64,000 nt of DNA. It comes from Malacoraja senta (taxonomy: Eukaryota). A program made the position numbers and the translations under genes. Below, in pieces: positions 39,530-51,792 of this stretch; position 1 is the stretch's first letter; each line of letters opens with the position of its first letter. The DNA is taken from positions 1 through 64,000 of the forward strand of contig JAXLNO010000550.1 in the NCBI GenBank assembly GCA_038087875.1, written 5' to 3'. Below the pieces are notes generated by a model. The model was not told where the DNA came from. It did not search any database and saw nothing but the letters and a program-made list of their open reading frames with translations.

Positions 39530-40750
39530 GTGATATGCAGCATGGAAACAGCTCTTTGGCCCATATCATCCATGCTGACCAAGGTGCCCACCTAATCAAA
39601 TCCCCTTTGCTTGCATTTTGCCCATATCCTTTTTAATATTTTCTATCCATGTACCTGTCCAAATGTCTTTTAACACTGTAACTGTATCCACCTCCATCAT
39701 CTCCATTATCACAACGTTTCATACACTCATCATCCTGTGTTGCCCCTCAGATCCCCCGTAGATCTTTCCCATCACACCTTAAACATTTGCCTCTAGATTT
39801 CTCCTACTCCGGGAAAAAGACTGTGATCGTCTATATTATCTATGCCCCTCATAATTTTATAAACGTCTGTAAAGTAACCCCTCAGTCTCTAGGAAAAAAT
39901 AGTCCCAACCTACCCATTTTCTCTGCATAATTTGTCCTATTCGTGAATCTATTCTGCACCCATTCTAGTTTAATCACATCCTTCCTATAATATGGTGACC
40001 AGAACTGCCCTCATTACTCCAGGCGCAGCCTAACCAACAATTCATACAACAGCAACATGATGTCCCAATTCCGATACTCAGTGCCTCGGCTGATGAAGGC
40101 AACGTATAACATATGTTTAGTTTCATTTCAGTTTAGAGATACAGCGTGGAAACAGGCCATTTGGCCCAACGAGTCCACACACTAACCAACGATCCCCACA
40201 CATTAACACTATCCTACACACACTATGGACAATTTACACTTACACCAAGCCAATTAACCTACAAACCTGTACGTCTTTGGAGTGCGGAAGGAAACCGAAG
40301 ATCTCGGGAAAAAAAACCTCCATGGTCATGGGGAGAACGTACAAATTCTGTACAGACAGCACCCGGAGTCAGGGATCGAACCCGGGTCTCGGTGGCAGCG
40401 CTGTAAGGCAGCAGCTCTATCTGCTGTGCCACCCAATGCGCCCAGGAGAAATATGTCTACTCTAACCTATTTGATCTACTTATGCTGTTGCCACGTCCAG
40501 AGAGCTGTGTCCTTGTAACCCAAGGTCTCACTGCTAGGTAACACCCTAGTCCTGCCCTGGCTTGTCGACTATCACGTTACAGCAGAGACCTGCTTGCGCT
40601 TACTAAACATGACACTTACGTCATTAATATATTTGACAAACAATTAAAGACCCAACACTGATCCCCGCGGCACACCGATGGTTACAGATCACCAATCATA
40701 AAAATATCCCTCCACTCCTCCCTCAGCCTCCGACCACCAAGCTATTATTG
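39530..40750 (-). mobile_element. degenerate CR1 LINE interrupted by a V-SINE (40116-40433)
   Basis: 3' UTR catggaaacag...ggccc and RT remnants similar to 1600-2700. Confidence 0.75.
40116..40433 (-). mobile_element. V-SINE
   Basis: consensus match. Confidence 0.88.
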
Positions 40751-40834
40751 CATCTTGATCAGAATCTATTGGCTACAAATGCAAGCATTGATCAAAGGAT
40801 TTCATAAACTACACATTATTACTCATAGCATTTG

Positions 40835-41135
40835 GGTGGCACAGCAGTAGAGCTGCTGCCTTACAGCGCCAGAGGCCCGGGTTCGATCCTGACTACAGGT
40901 GCTGTCTGTTCAGACTTTGTACGTTCTCCCCGTGACCTACATGGGTTTTCACCGGGATCTTCGGTTTCCCCCCACACTCCAAAGACGCGCAGCTTTGTAA
41001 TTTAATTGGCTTGGTATAAATGTTTTAAAAATTGTCCCTAGTGTGTGTGAGGTAGTGTGAATGTGCAGGGATCGCTGGTCGGCGCGGACTTGGTGGGCTG
41101 TATCTCCACGCTGTATCTCTAAACTAAACTGAACG
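40835..41135 (+). mobile_element. V-SINE
   Basis: consensus match. Confidence 0.88.
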
Positions 41136-42294
41136 AAACATTTTACGCCATAACTTTCCCCTTGCTGATATTAGCTCGTGGATGCAGCAATATAAATGTA
41201 GAAATTGTATCACATAAAGCAGTATTTCATGCCACAGATGGTGAGATGGAAATAAATCACAAAACCAGATCAGTACTTCTCTACAATCATATCATGCATT
41301 TGCAAAATATATCACGGCTCTCTGTGCTCAGAACTAATGTACCATTAATACCACAATTGTACAATGTGAACATGCCCTTCAGAAACATCAATTTCAGGAT
41401 TTGCCCAGGAGTCTGGAATGGCATTGCTCTCAAGATCTGGATTTGGAACACACCAATACCACGAGGTGTCAAATGTTCCAAAGTTTCTCGCAATGTTCCT
41501 CCACCATTTCCTGCATTTCATTTGAAGAAATTTGCCAGAGGCCAAATCATGTATGACATAGAGCAAGAACATTAATCCTAGAGATTGAATGGGACCTAGA
41601 ACCAATCTGCAGGTTGTCATGAGACGACTAAAGGGCAGCTGTTGATTGAGACCTGCTGAGTTGGTGAAAGGAATGAGGTGGAACTGGTGTAGAATCAAAT
41701 TGCAACTAATAACATGCACAATGAAAACACACATTAGCTCCTTTTATGCAGAGTAAAGATATTCATGGGAAAAGTTTCGAACCCACAGTTGTATTCGTAA
41801 CAACTTTGAAATCAACACTGACTGAGAGGGGTTTAGTAATTATCAACGGGTGGCAATATCACATGTGTTATTAATTTATCATCAGACGTATCAAGAATAC
41901 AAATCCCATCATGGCAAGTTGTAGAATTTTTTACAATGAAGCTCGTTCATTTGTTTTGTATTCGGTATAGACATTGTGGGCCGAAGGGCCAGTTCCTGTG
42001 GTGTACTATTCGATTCTATGTTCCACATTTTGTGAACTGTTTCTGAGATATGATATAATCTATTCTCAGAGGCCGTTTCCAGTGATTTTAGTGAAGGGAC
42101 TGTCGTGTTTACAGAATTCAGGCCGGGGTAAACCTGTTGCCATTCATGCTTTGATTCGTTTAAGCCCAGTTCTCAGATTAGTGAATTTCACTGGACTGCA
42201 AGACATGGAGATGGTGACCAGCTTTCAACTGCTTCTAATCCAGTTTTCTTTTTTGACAGTAAGAATGAATGGATTTTGTGATCTCCTAGGGCGT

Positions 42295-42617
42295 GCAGCA
42301 TGGTGGCGCGGCGGTAAAGTTGCTGCTTTACAGCGCTTTCAGCGCCAGAGACGCGGGTTTGAACCCGACCACGGGTGCTGTCTGTCCGGAGTTTGTACGT
42401 TCTCCCCGTGACCGCGGGGCTTTCTCCGAGATCTTCGGTTTCCTCCCACACTCCAAATACGTACAGGTTTGTAGGTTAATTGGCATCATGTATGTGTGTA
42501 GATTGTTCCTAGTGTGTGTAGGATAGTGTTAATGTGCGGGGATCGCTGGTCGGCGGCGGTGGGCCGAAGGGCCTGTTTCCACGCTGTATCTCTAAAACTA
42601 TAAAACTAAAACTAAAA
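42295..42617 (+). mobile_element. V-SINE (further partial or older copies at ~4364-4880, 5150-5400, 43410-43540 + 44405-44535, 51856-52012, 59500-59707)
   Basis: consensus match. Confidence 0.88.
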
Positions 42618-43544
42618 AACACCATCATGTAGCGATTTCCCACTCCGTCTGACCCAGCAGAACTTCACCAGAAAGCCCAGAGAAATCCTAGCACTGCCCA
42701 GTCAGGTCCTGTCCTCTGGTTTTACACCAGGATCAGGGAAGTAAGGAAATCCCCGAGAAAATCTGAGATGCTGATCACATCTTTAATTATTCTGCCTTGA
42801 GCACATATGTAGGGGAGCTGAATGAATTATATTATCAGTGCAGTGACGGCTTGATCATACTTTGGTGATCCAATTCATTAAGTAATCTTTGGACCTGTAA
42901 TTTATGACATTTATTTTTTGTTCTTAATTATCAAACACGGTGCCTTAATGAGGCTGCTAATGTTTAAAATATTTCTACGACTCATCCGGTTTCACTAAAG
43001 GGCAAACATTTGTCCTTCTGGTTACTTTGTCCACACATTCTAATATTATCTGGGTGATAATAAAGTTTGCCTGGAACACTGTTCATTAATTCTTTAGGGG
43101 TTTGGTTTACAATAAAATGTTACTATAGCCTTTCGGATAACCAATTAGCATATAATAATGGAATTAGTTCCAATCCCACACCGCATAATCACTCACATAT
43201 TTCTCCCTAAAGTCACAATCTCTCCACAGATACATTGTATTTTGTAGAAAACTATCAACTCTTAATGTAGAAATTTTAATACCAGCTACTAATTGGTAAG
43301 GGTTAGGAACATATAAATATGTGATGCAGCCAAGTTGCAGGCTTGTTTTGCAAATTTTCTATCCATTATTTGTTACTGCAGAATTGTCAGCATGGTCTGA
43401 TGTTGCATCTGATTTAGTTTAGAGAAACAACATGAAAACAGGCACTTCGGCCCACTGAGTCCATGCCGACCAGCGATCCCCGCACACAAACTTTGTCCCA
43501 CACCAGCTGGGGGCAATTTACAATTTAGCCTACATACCTGTATG

Positions 43545-44404
43545 TATACAATACAATACAATACAATACAATTTATTTGTCATTTGGACCCTGTTGAGGT
43601 CCAAACGAAATGTCGTTTCTGCAGCCATACATTACAAAACGAAGAAGACCCGAGACACAACACAATTTACACATCCATCCATCACAGCGCTGTGATGGAA
43701 GGCAAAAAAAAAAAACTATCTCTCCACTGCACTCCCCCCCCCCCCCCCCCCGATGTCAGAGTCAAAGTCAAAGCCCCCCGGCGGGCGATGGTGATTGTCC
43801 CGCGGCCATTAAAGCCACGCCGGGTGATGCAAGGTCGCGCACCGGGTCTTGGTGTTAGAGCCCCGGCGTGCGCTCGCAAAGTGCCGCGGCCATTCCAAGC
43901 CGCGCGGGGCGATGATGTAAAGCCCCGCTCCAGGTGCTCTTCAACCCCGCAACTCGGGCGGGAGAAGTCGCCGCTGCGGAAGCCCCGAAAAGCGGTCTCC
44001 CACCAGGGACCCGCGGGCTTCCGGTGTTGCCGTCCGCCAGACCCGCGGTTGTAGCCTCCGAATCTCCGGGGGTCGGGTCGCAGCAGCGCTCCACCACAGC
44101 TCCACCCGCTCCGGACTCGGTCAGCCCCGCGACGGTGAGTAGTCCGCAGCTCCGCAACTGGAGCCCCAGGTCGTTCCTGCTGGAGGCCGCTCCACGTTGC
44201 CCAGCCCCAACGACCAACGGAGACCCGACAAAGAAAAGGTCGGGTCTCCCGTGCAGGGGAAAGATTTTAAAGTTTTCCCCCCCCCCACCACACACACATA
44301 CCCCGACAAGGAAAAAAAAAAAAACTACATAGAAACAAGACAAAAATAATAAAAAGACAGACGGACTGCAGAGGCCGCTGCTGACGAGAGTCGCGCCGCC
44401 CCCC
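43545..44404 (-). mobile_element. GC-rich non-coding retroposon with LINE-type 3' tail, inserted in a V-SINE
   Basis: (attgt)n tail, gacaaataaa and a stem-loop on the - strand; 5' part resembles 59712-59990 (+). Confidence 0.55.
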
Positions 44405-44907
44405 AACTTTGTCTTTGGAATGTGGGAGGAAACCGAAGCTCCTGGAGAAAACCCACGCAGGTCACAGGGAGAACGTACAAACTCCGTACAGACAGCACCC
44501 GGCGCTGTAAGATAGCAACTCTACCACTGCACCATCCTGATAAATGCAATAATACATATGACTCATTGAACTGCTGTCATTTTTGTAGTCAAAATTGAGA
44601 TGAGGAAAAACGTTTTCACCCAGAGAGTTGTGAATCTGTGGAATTATCTGCCTCAGAAGGCAGTGGAGGCCAATTCACTGGATGTATTCAAGAGGGAGTT
44701 AAATATAGCTCTTAGGGCTAATGGAATCAAGGGATATGGGGAGATAGCAGGAACTGGATTTTGGATGATCAGCCATGATCATATTGAATGGTAGTGCTGG
44801 CTCAAAGGGCTGAGTGGCCTACTCCTGCATCTATTTTCTATGTTTCTAATAGAAATGAACGGGGGTATGAGACTGATGTGAATGCTCTTTGAGCTGGCAT
44901 ATTTGAG

Positions 44908-45069
44908 CCGGGGGCACATCACTCTGTCGTCATGTGGAGAATGAAGGTCCTAGAAAAGAAACCTCTGCTCAAACGGGAGAATCCCAAGGACCTGTCAGCT
45001 GTAGTAAGGAGGGGCTCCACCAAGAAAAAGGTTCATCTCTGGAGCAAATTGGCTCCTTGTCTGTCGTAA
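44908..45069 (+). pseudogene. intronic partial duplicate of the CTNNA3 last exon
   Basis: 44920-45036 aligns without gaps to 51517-51633. Reads PGAHHSVVMWRMKVLEKKPLLKRENPKDLSAVVRRGSTKKKVHLWSKLAPCLS*. Confidence 0.9.
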
Positions 45070-45585
45070 GATCTGAATGAACATTGCCCAGTCTAGTCTG
45101 GCCCAGTAAGATGGCCGTTGGGGAATGATGACAATGTCAGCAATGTGAAAAACAGGGTACAGACAACTTTTATGGGGATGAGGAAGGAAAACCACAGGGC
45201 CTGACTTTTGTTGGAGCTCTGCAAGAGACAGGAACCTGGTCAGGAATTCCACAGGTGAGTATGCAAATGTTAACATCCTGAATTTGCAGGTAGCATTTCT
45301 TAAACCACACCATCTAATAAGCCTCTAATAAATGCCAACGGTAGAGAGCAAAGATAAAACAATCCCCCAGCAAGGAGGAAGCAGCTTTTGCAAGTTTGAA
45401 TTTTTGAAGTTTCTTATAAATTACAATGCATTTTCTAATCTTTTAATGGCATGATTAATTTTAAATAATTGTACATTGATTCTGAATATCAGAAATGTAC
45501 AAGTGTTTCATTACCTTTGACAGCTGGCTAAGCTTGGAGTGAGGCCTAGCAGCTGTGAAAGATTTTCAGCAGGCGAGGCTAGTCA

Positions 45586-45736
45586 TATGCACACACACAT
45601 GAAACGCACAAATCACACACGGACATACATACACACAATGTGCACACACACACACTCACAACGCACGCACGCAGGCACACACACACAAAATGCACGCACG
45701 CAGGCACACACACACACACAAAATGCACAAATGCAC

Positions 45737-45777
<41 letters not shown>

Positions 45778-45815
45778 GCACACACACAATGCACACACGC
45801 ACACACACACAATGC

Positions 45816-45856
<41 letters not shown>

Positions 45857-45872
45857 CATGCACGCACACACG
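45586..45872. repeat. degenerate (CA)n microsatellite
   Basis: seen directly. Confidence 0.95.
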
Positions 45873-46019
45873 TATTTTATGGGATTTATGTACAGACATC
45901 TCCACTGCTGCATGTGACTCTGTCCAAGAAGATCTCACCTGGGGTTGTGTGTAAAGCGATGGGATTTTCATCTGGAGATCAGAGTCAAACCACAAAATTG
46001 GGGTCATTAAACACTGATG

Positions 46020-49000
46020 TTACTTCGGAGTCACGTGAGTGACTACGTGAAGAACCCCGTCAGGGCGCATGCGCGTCATTACGTCTGACGCATTGGCGAC
46101 AACAGCAGCAGGAGCACGGAGCTCTTGCTGCAGGTGAGTAATTACAGCTCCACCAAAGTCGGGGAGACTTTGGAGGAGTTAGAGAAAAGTAAAGAAATTG
46201 TTTCTGTGTGTTTTTCCCCCACAAGGAAAAGGTGCAGGCTGCTGCCGACAAGGAGAGAGAGAGCTGCGGGAGCGCAGTTTCTGAAAGGCAGCCTGTCACC
46301 TCGGGGGAGTCGCAAGCCGGTAGCGGTGCGGCAACAGACTTCGGAAAGTGCCCAGCCGGGTACACAGCCAACGCCAGTCGGGCGGTCGGCATTACCCAAG
46401 TCTGTAAGGGCTATAGACTCCACAGAGTCGGGCCACGAGAGTCCCGTCGGGGACAGGATACCGTTCCCCAGCGGTTATCCAAAAGGAGCAGCTCATACAG
46501 GGGCTGCTCCACAGAGACGCTCCAGGAGGAGTAGTGCAGACGGGAAGCCATAGAGAAGGCTCCGCTGGCAGTGCCTAGGAGAGGTCTGCTTCATAAAGCC
46601 ACACTCCAGGGGAGTTGTGCAGGCGGGAAGCCTTAGGGGGCAGTGCCTAGGAGAGGTCTGCTTCATAAAGCCATACTCCAGGAGGAGTTGTGCAGGCGGG
46701 AGGCCGTGGGGACGGCTCCGCTGGCAGTGCCTAGTAGAGGCCTGCTTGAAAGCACCCTCTTTGCAAGAGGTGAGTGCAGAAGGGCAGATACGCTCTGACC
46801 CTGAGTCCGACGACTTCCAAAGGGAGGGCAGGCAGCTGTCAGAGCTGACACCGTGTGCAGCACGGTTTGCCATGTCGTCGGACGCTGGTGAGCCTCTGGG
46901 TGAGGAACTTGCCACCAGCATAAATTACCAAGTCTCACATCAGCTACAGGAGCTGACAATGGATGAGACAGTAACGAAGTATGAAGCCCCAACCAACTGT
47001 GGACTGTTAAAAGTTCCTGTTGGGAACAGGAAGAATTGGGGCAAGATGGGCATACTAATGAAAGCCCAGGAGCATGTGAAGCTCCAGCATATTTTTAAAG
47101 TTGCTGGCATCTGGTATAACGAGCTTTGCCAGGATGGTGGATGGAGAGGCCATGACAAATTACAACAAAAGGCGCTATTGTGGAGTGCCCACTTTGAGAT
47201 CAACTGCCTCCGCAAGATGCGATTAGACCAACCATCAATGCTAAATATGCTTCACTCTGCCAGCCTGGCACAGTGCAACTGGCACAGCTGTTTGGCGAGG
47301 ATTTCGCACAGCAGGTGAAGGAGCTGGAGGAGGAGGCTAAGACGGCAGCCACATATTCACCAAAGCGGAAGTATCCCTATAAGGGAGCAGACTGGTCCGG
47401 GCAAGGGACGGGTCCAGCTACGATGCAGTGCAGTTGGCGTTCGGCTGTAGCACCGCCACGGAGGTGAGATATCCAGCTCAAGGCCGGGGAAGAATGCCAG
47501 GTGGTAAGGAGGTAAGAGGGTCTGGTTCTCATGTAGACACATCTAATGTGATACAATTAAATGTTTACCTCAGATATGTTTATACTGAAGGGTTAAAATT
47601 CAGCTGGATGGGGCAATTATGCCAATACATTCCACTGCCTAATGGTTTCTCTTCAGCTTCTAGAAGGATTACAAAGTTGTTAAAACCTATTCTAGGCATG
47701 ATGAGAAGTCAAGGTCATGTGCTCATGGCTTAGCTAGATAATATCTTGATTGTAGGACAATCAAAGGAAACAGCTGAAGCATCAGTGGCAGTTGGTAAAA
47801 ACCATTTTTTAATTGGGCTTTATAAGCTATCCAGATAAATCTAAATTTATACCTGTGACACAAATTGACTAGTTGGGTTCACAATGGACTTAATCAACAT
47901 CATTGTGACCTTGCCCAGGCAAAAAAGGGTAGAGCTAATTAAGAGCTATATCAAGTTAATTGCTGACACACAGCCTTAAATTAGCCAGGTGACAAGTCTG
48001 CTGTGGTAATGGCTGGCAGCATTTCCAGCAGTTCAATATGGCCACTTTATTATCTACAATTACAAAGGTCAAAGGAACAAGCATTGAGGATACATTGGGG
48101 TCATTATAATAGACCTATGCTTCTATCAATAGAGGTTGTTGCTGATGTACAATGGTGGATTCAGCATGTGTCCACTAGTAGTTCCAAAGTGTTATTGGAC
48201 CAAGCTTCCATGATTTGCAGACAGATGTCAGAGCACTTGGGTAGGGTGCTACTGATACAAGAACCAGCGGTGGAGACAGATGAACATTGCTTCTGCAAAC
48301 ATGGGGAATTAACCAAGAGTATTTTATGGACTCAAGGCTTATGGCACTAACTAAACTAGTTTGCATGTGCAGTGCAAAATAGACAACACTACAGCAGTTG
48401 CTGATATGAATCACATGGGTGGAATCAAATCATTATCATGTGACAGGTTGCCAAATACAATTGGACCTGGAGTAGGGATAGAGAGATTTGGATTGGAGCT
48501 ATCTATCTGCCAGGGAAACTTAATGTAGTACCAGATGGCAGCTCACGAAAATTCCATCATAACACAGAGTGGATGTGGAACCAGGATGTGTTCAAGAACA
48601 TAGTACTTCTATATGGAAGGCCAAAATATGTTTCATAGGCACCAGATCCAGGGGCAGTGGCAATTGATGTTTTTTCACTAAATTGGGATGATATGTTTGT
48701 GTACATTTTCCCACCATTCTGCCTCATAGGTCGGTGTTTGAGAAAATCAAGCAGGATGCCGCTTCAGGGGTTTTGGTGATACCAAATTGCCTGATTCAAC
48801 CATGGTTCCCTTTGATGTTACAGATAGCGATCCAACCTCTTTTTGCTGATTCCAAACAGTAGGAATTTCCTGGAGCATCCAGTAACGCATTAAGTTCATC
48901 CGTTATGTGATGGTATGGATCTGTTAATTTGCAGGTTTTAAGAATGCCTTAAATTGGTCGAGGACTTTCTAGGCCAACGGTGGATATACTCACTGCAGCC

Positions 49001-50484
49001 TGAAGAAACAGTACTCAAAAACAGTATATGACTTATGTAAAAAAAAAAAAGTTTTTTAAATGGGAACAATATGGTGTTCAAAAGAATATTCAATATGATA
49101 CTGTAGTTATTGAAAATGTGTTAGAGTTTATCTACACTTTATTATGATGAGGGTCTTCGCTATACTGCTATCAATACAGCTAGGAGTGCTTGGTCGGCAT
49201 ATCTTGTAATAGGTACACAGACACAAAGTATAGGTTCTCACCCTCTCATATCTAGGTTGATGAAAGGAATCTTTAATTCCAAACCGCCTAAGCCTAGGTA
49301 TATGGTAATCTGCGAGGTAAGTGTTGTTCGTAACATACTTCGTCATTGGGTCCCTGTCACGTCTATAACTTTGTTAAAATTAATCATGAAATTGGCTATG
49401 CTAATGGCATTGGTGTCAGTACAGAGAGTGCAGACTTTCCAAAAACTTCAGTTCGAGAGAATGGAAGTGAATACAGAGAATGTTCTGTTTTATATTTCTG
49501 ACCTGCTCAAACAAAGCAGGCCAGGTGTGACAGGTTTTAAGATTGTGTTCTCAGCATATCCTACAGCTCCATGTTTATGTGTAAGGACACATTTGTTACA
49601 TTACATTGAAGCCACAAGGGCTTTAAGACAAGAAGAAACAGGATTATTTCTCAGTTACAAGAAGCCAACATAAAAGAGTGGCAGTTCAGACTATCTCAAG
49701 GTGGTTAAAGCAAGAGTTGGTTCAGGCAGGAATTAACATTTATGTGTTTACATCTCATTCCACTAGCGCAGTAGCAACATCCGCGGCCAGGGCGATGGAC
49801 GTTCCCATCGACCATATATTAAAAGCCGCAGGTTGGAAAAATGAACTTGTGTTTCAGCAATACTACCATCGGCCGATTGCCGATGGAGGGCTGTTTGCCA
49901 ACTCAATATTGAGTGCTGTTGCTATTATTTAAAGTCTGTTTTCAATACTGTTTCATTCTGTTTCGTTTGTTGCCCTACATTAAGAGGGTTTATTGGTTGT
50001 TTTATGACCAAAAATAAAACTGTTTTGTTTTTGCATGATATGCAATGTCATGTTTACAGCATTATTGATGATACTCGGAGTCAATCGATGCAGTGAGAAG
50101 CCGGGATTTTGATCTGCGGCATAAAAATCACAGAGCTTTAAAATCTTCACGTAGTCACTCACGTGACTCCAAAGTAAAATAGTAAGATTAAACGAGAACT
50201 TACCAGTTTGAAGTTTGATCTTTATTTTATGAGGAGTTACGTTGGTGATTACGTGCCTGCCACGCCCAACCCTCTCTCATAGAAAAAAGGTCATAATGGT
50301 AGTTCTCATGTTGATCATCTTAATATGTTACTTCAATTATGGTGTTGTCTGTGATTTCATACCGCTGCTTTGAAGATTGACGCGCATGCGCCCTGACGGG
50401 GTTCTTCACGTAATCACCAACGTAACTCCTCATAAAATAAAGATCAAACTTCAAACTGGTAAGTTCTCATTTAATCTTACTATT
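46020..50484 (+). mobile_element. DIRS1-type tyrosine-recombinase retrotransposon, full-length termini, ORFs degenerate, RT N-terminus apparently deleted
   Basis: Left ITR 46020-46078, ICR 50144-50255, right ITR plus extension 50378-50484. RT remnant LPNGFSSASRRITKLLKP..LMA*LDNILI (decayed YLDD). YR remnant MKGIFNSKPPKPRY...FTSHSTSAVATSAA..HILKAAGWKNELVFQQYYHRPI (49257-49932). Confidence 0.94.
46520..46755 (+). repeat. three degenerate ~70-80 bp tandem units inside the DIRS gag region
   Basis: repeated ctccaggaggagttgtgcaggcggga...gcagtgcctaggagaggtctgcttcataaagcca. Confidence 0.85.
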
Positions 50485-50804
50485 CTCTCCCAACAGATGC
50501 TGCCTTATTGGGTGAGTATCTCTCAAGATTTTCAGTTAGTATTTCACTTTCTCAACATCCTCAATTTATTTGCTCTTATGATCATATTAGTCGACTCCGT
50601 TCTCCCCCAAGTTTCTCATATTGTTTTGGTCCAAATTAATTTCTGTGGATTGTTTTCATTTTGCTTCACCTCATGAAACACCTTTCTTTCTGCTTTTGTT
50701 CCACCCCTCTATCAGCTGAAATATCCAATATATAGCACAAAAATAATTGGTTGTTTACACGGGTCTATTTTAAAAAATCACTGAAAACAATTGTGTGAAA
50801 GGTT

Positions 50805-51340
50805 CATAGAGTCATAGAGTGAGGATACAGTGTGGAAACAGGCCCTTCAGCCTAACTTACCCACACTGGCCAACATGTCCCAGCTACACTAGTCCAACCT
50901 GCCAGTATTTGGTCAATATCCCTCCAAATCTGTCCTATCCATGTATCTGTCCAACTGCTTCTTAAATGTTGGGATAGTCCCTGCCTCAACTACCTCCTCT
51001 GGCAGCTTATTCCATACATCCACCACCCTTTGTGTGAAAAAGTTACCCCTCAGATTCCTATTAAATCTTTTCCCCTTCACCTTAAACCTATGTCATCTGG
51101 TCCTTGATTCACCTACTCTGGGCACGAGACTCTGTGCATATACCCAATGGATTCCTCTGGGTCTTATACACCTCTATACGATCACCCCTCATCCTCCTGT
51201 GGTCCAAGAAATAGAGTCCCAGGCTACTCAACCTCTGCCTGTAGCTCAGACCTGTGGTCCTGGCAACATCCTCGTAAATCTACTCTGTACCCTTCCCAGC
51301 TTGACATCTTTCCCAAAACACGGCGCCCAGAACTGAACAC
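50805..51340 (-). mobile_element. CR1 3' fragment immediately upstream of the last CTNNA3 exon (similar fragments at 7955-8308, 17650-17780, 18800-19125)
   Basis: catagagtcatagag tail, ggaaacaggcccttc, ttccatacatccaccaccctttgtgtgaaaaag. Confidence 0.88.
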
Positions 51341-51389
51341 AATGGTTCCTTTGAAACCACTGACTATGACTTGGATTTTATGCCAACAG

Positions 51390-51678
51390 TTGGACAGTAT
51401 TACCTCCCTCATCTTGTCAGCCCAAGAACCTGATGAATACGGTGGTAGACACGGTGAAGATGTCCTACATTGCATCGATCAAGATCATCAGGCTGCAGAG
51501 CCCCTCGGCAGCACTTCACTCAGTCGTCATGTGGAGAATGAAGGTTCCCGAAAAGAAGCCCTTGATCAAGCGGGAGAATCCCAAGGACCTGTCAGCGGTG
51601 GTGCGGAGGGGCTCCACCAAGAAAAAGGTCCACCCTGTCAAAGTTATGAGCGAGTTCAGAGGAAGAAACGCTCCCTAA
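51390..51678 (+). CDS. CTNNA3: alpha-T-catenin last coding exon, with a +1 frameshift (GCCC at 51420-51423) as assembled
   Basis: tgccaacAG|TTG GAC AGT gives LDSITSLILSA. Removing one C continues KNLMNTVVDTVKMSYIASIKIIRLQSPSAALHSVVMWRMKVPEKKPLIKRENPKDLSAVVRRGSTKKKVHPVKVMSEFRGRNAP*, the CTNNA3 C-terminus. Confidence 0.92.
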
Positions 51679-51775
51679 ATCCAACATGTACACTGCTTTT
51701 GTTCAATCACGGGGTGAATTGCTTGTGGAAGTGTGTTGTTGAAGCTGCATCGAGCCTGCAAATTAGGAATGTAGG

Positions 51776-51792
51776 AATAAATACTCAATAAA
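51776..51792 (+). promoter_or_regulatory. two AATAAA candidate polyadenylation signals for CTNNA3
   Basis: AATAAA at 51776-51781 and 51787-51792, about 100 nt after the stop codon. Confidence 0.45.

Noticed and set aside
45539..46042. His/Thr- and Cys/Val-rich ORFs
   Set aside because: (CA)n microsatellite translation.
51147..51791. 214-aa ORF
   Set aside because: Chimera of antisense CR1 sequence, 11 true codons and the out-of-frame last exon.
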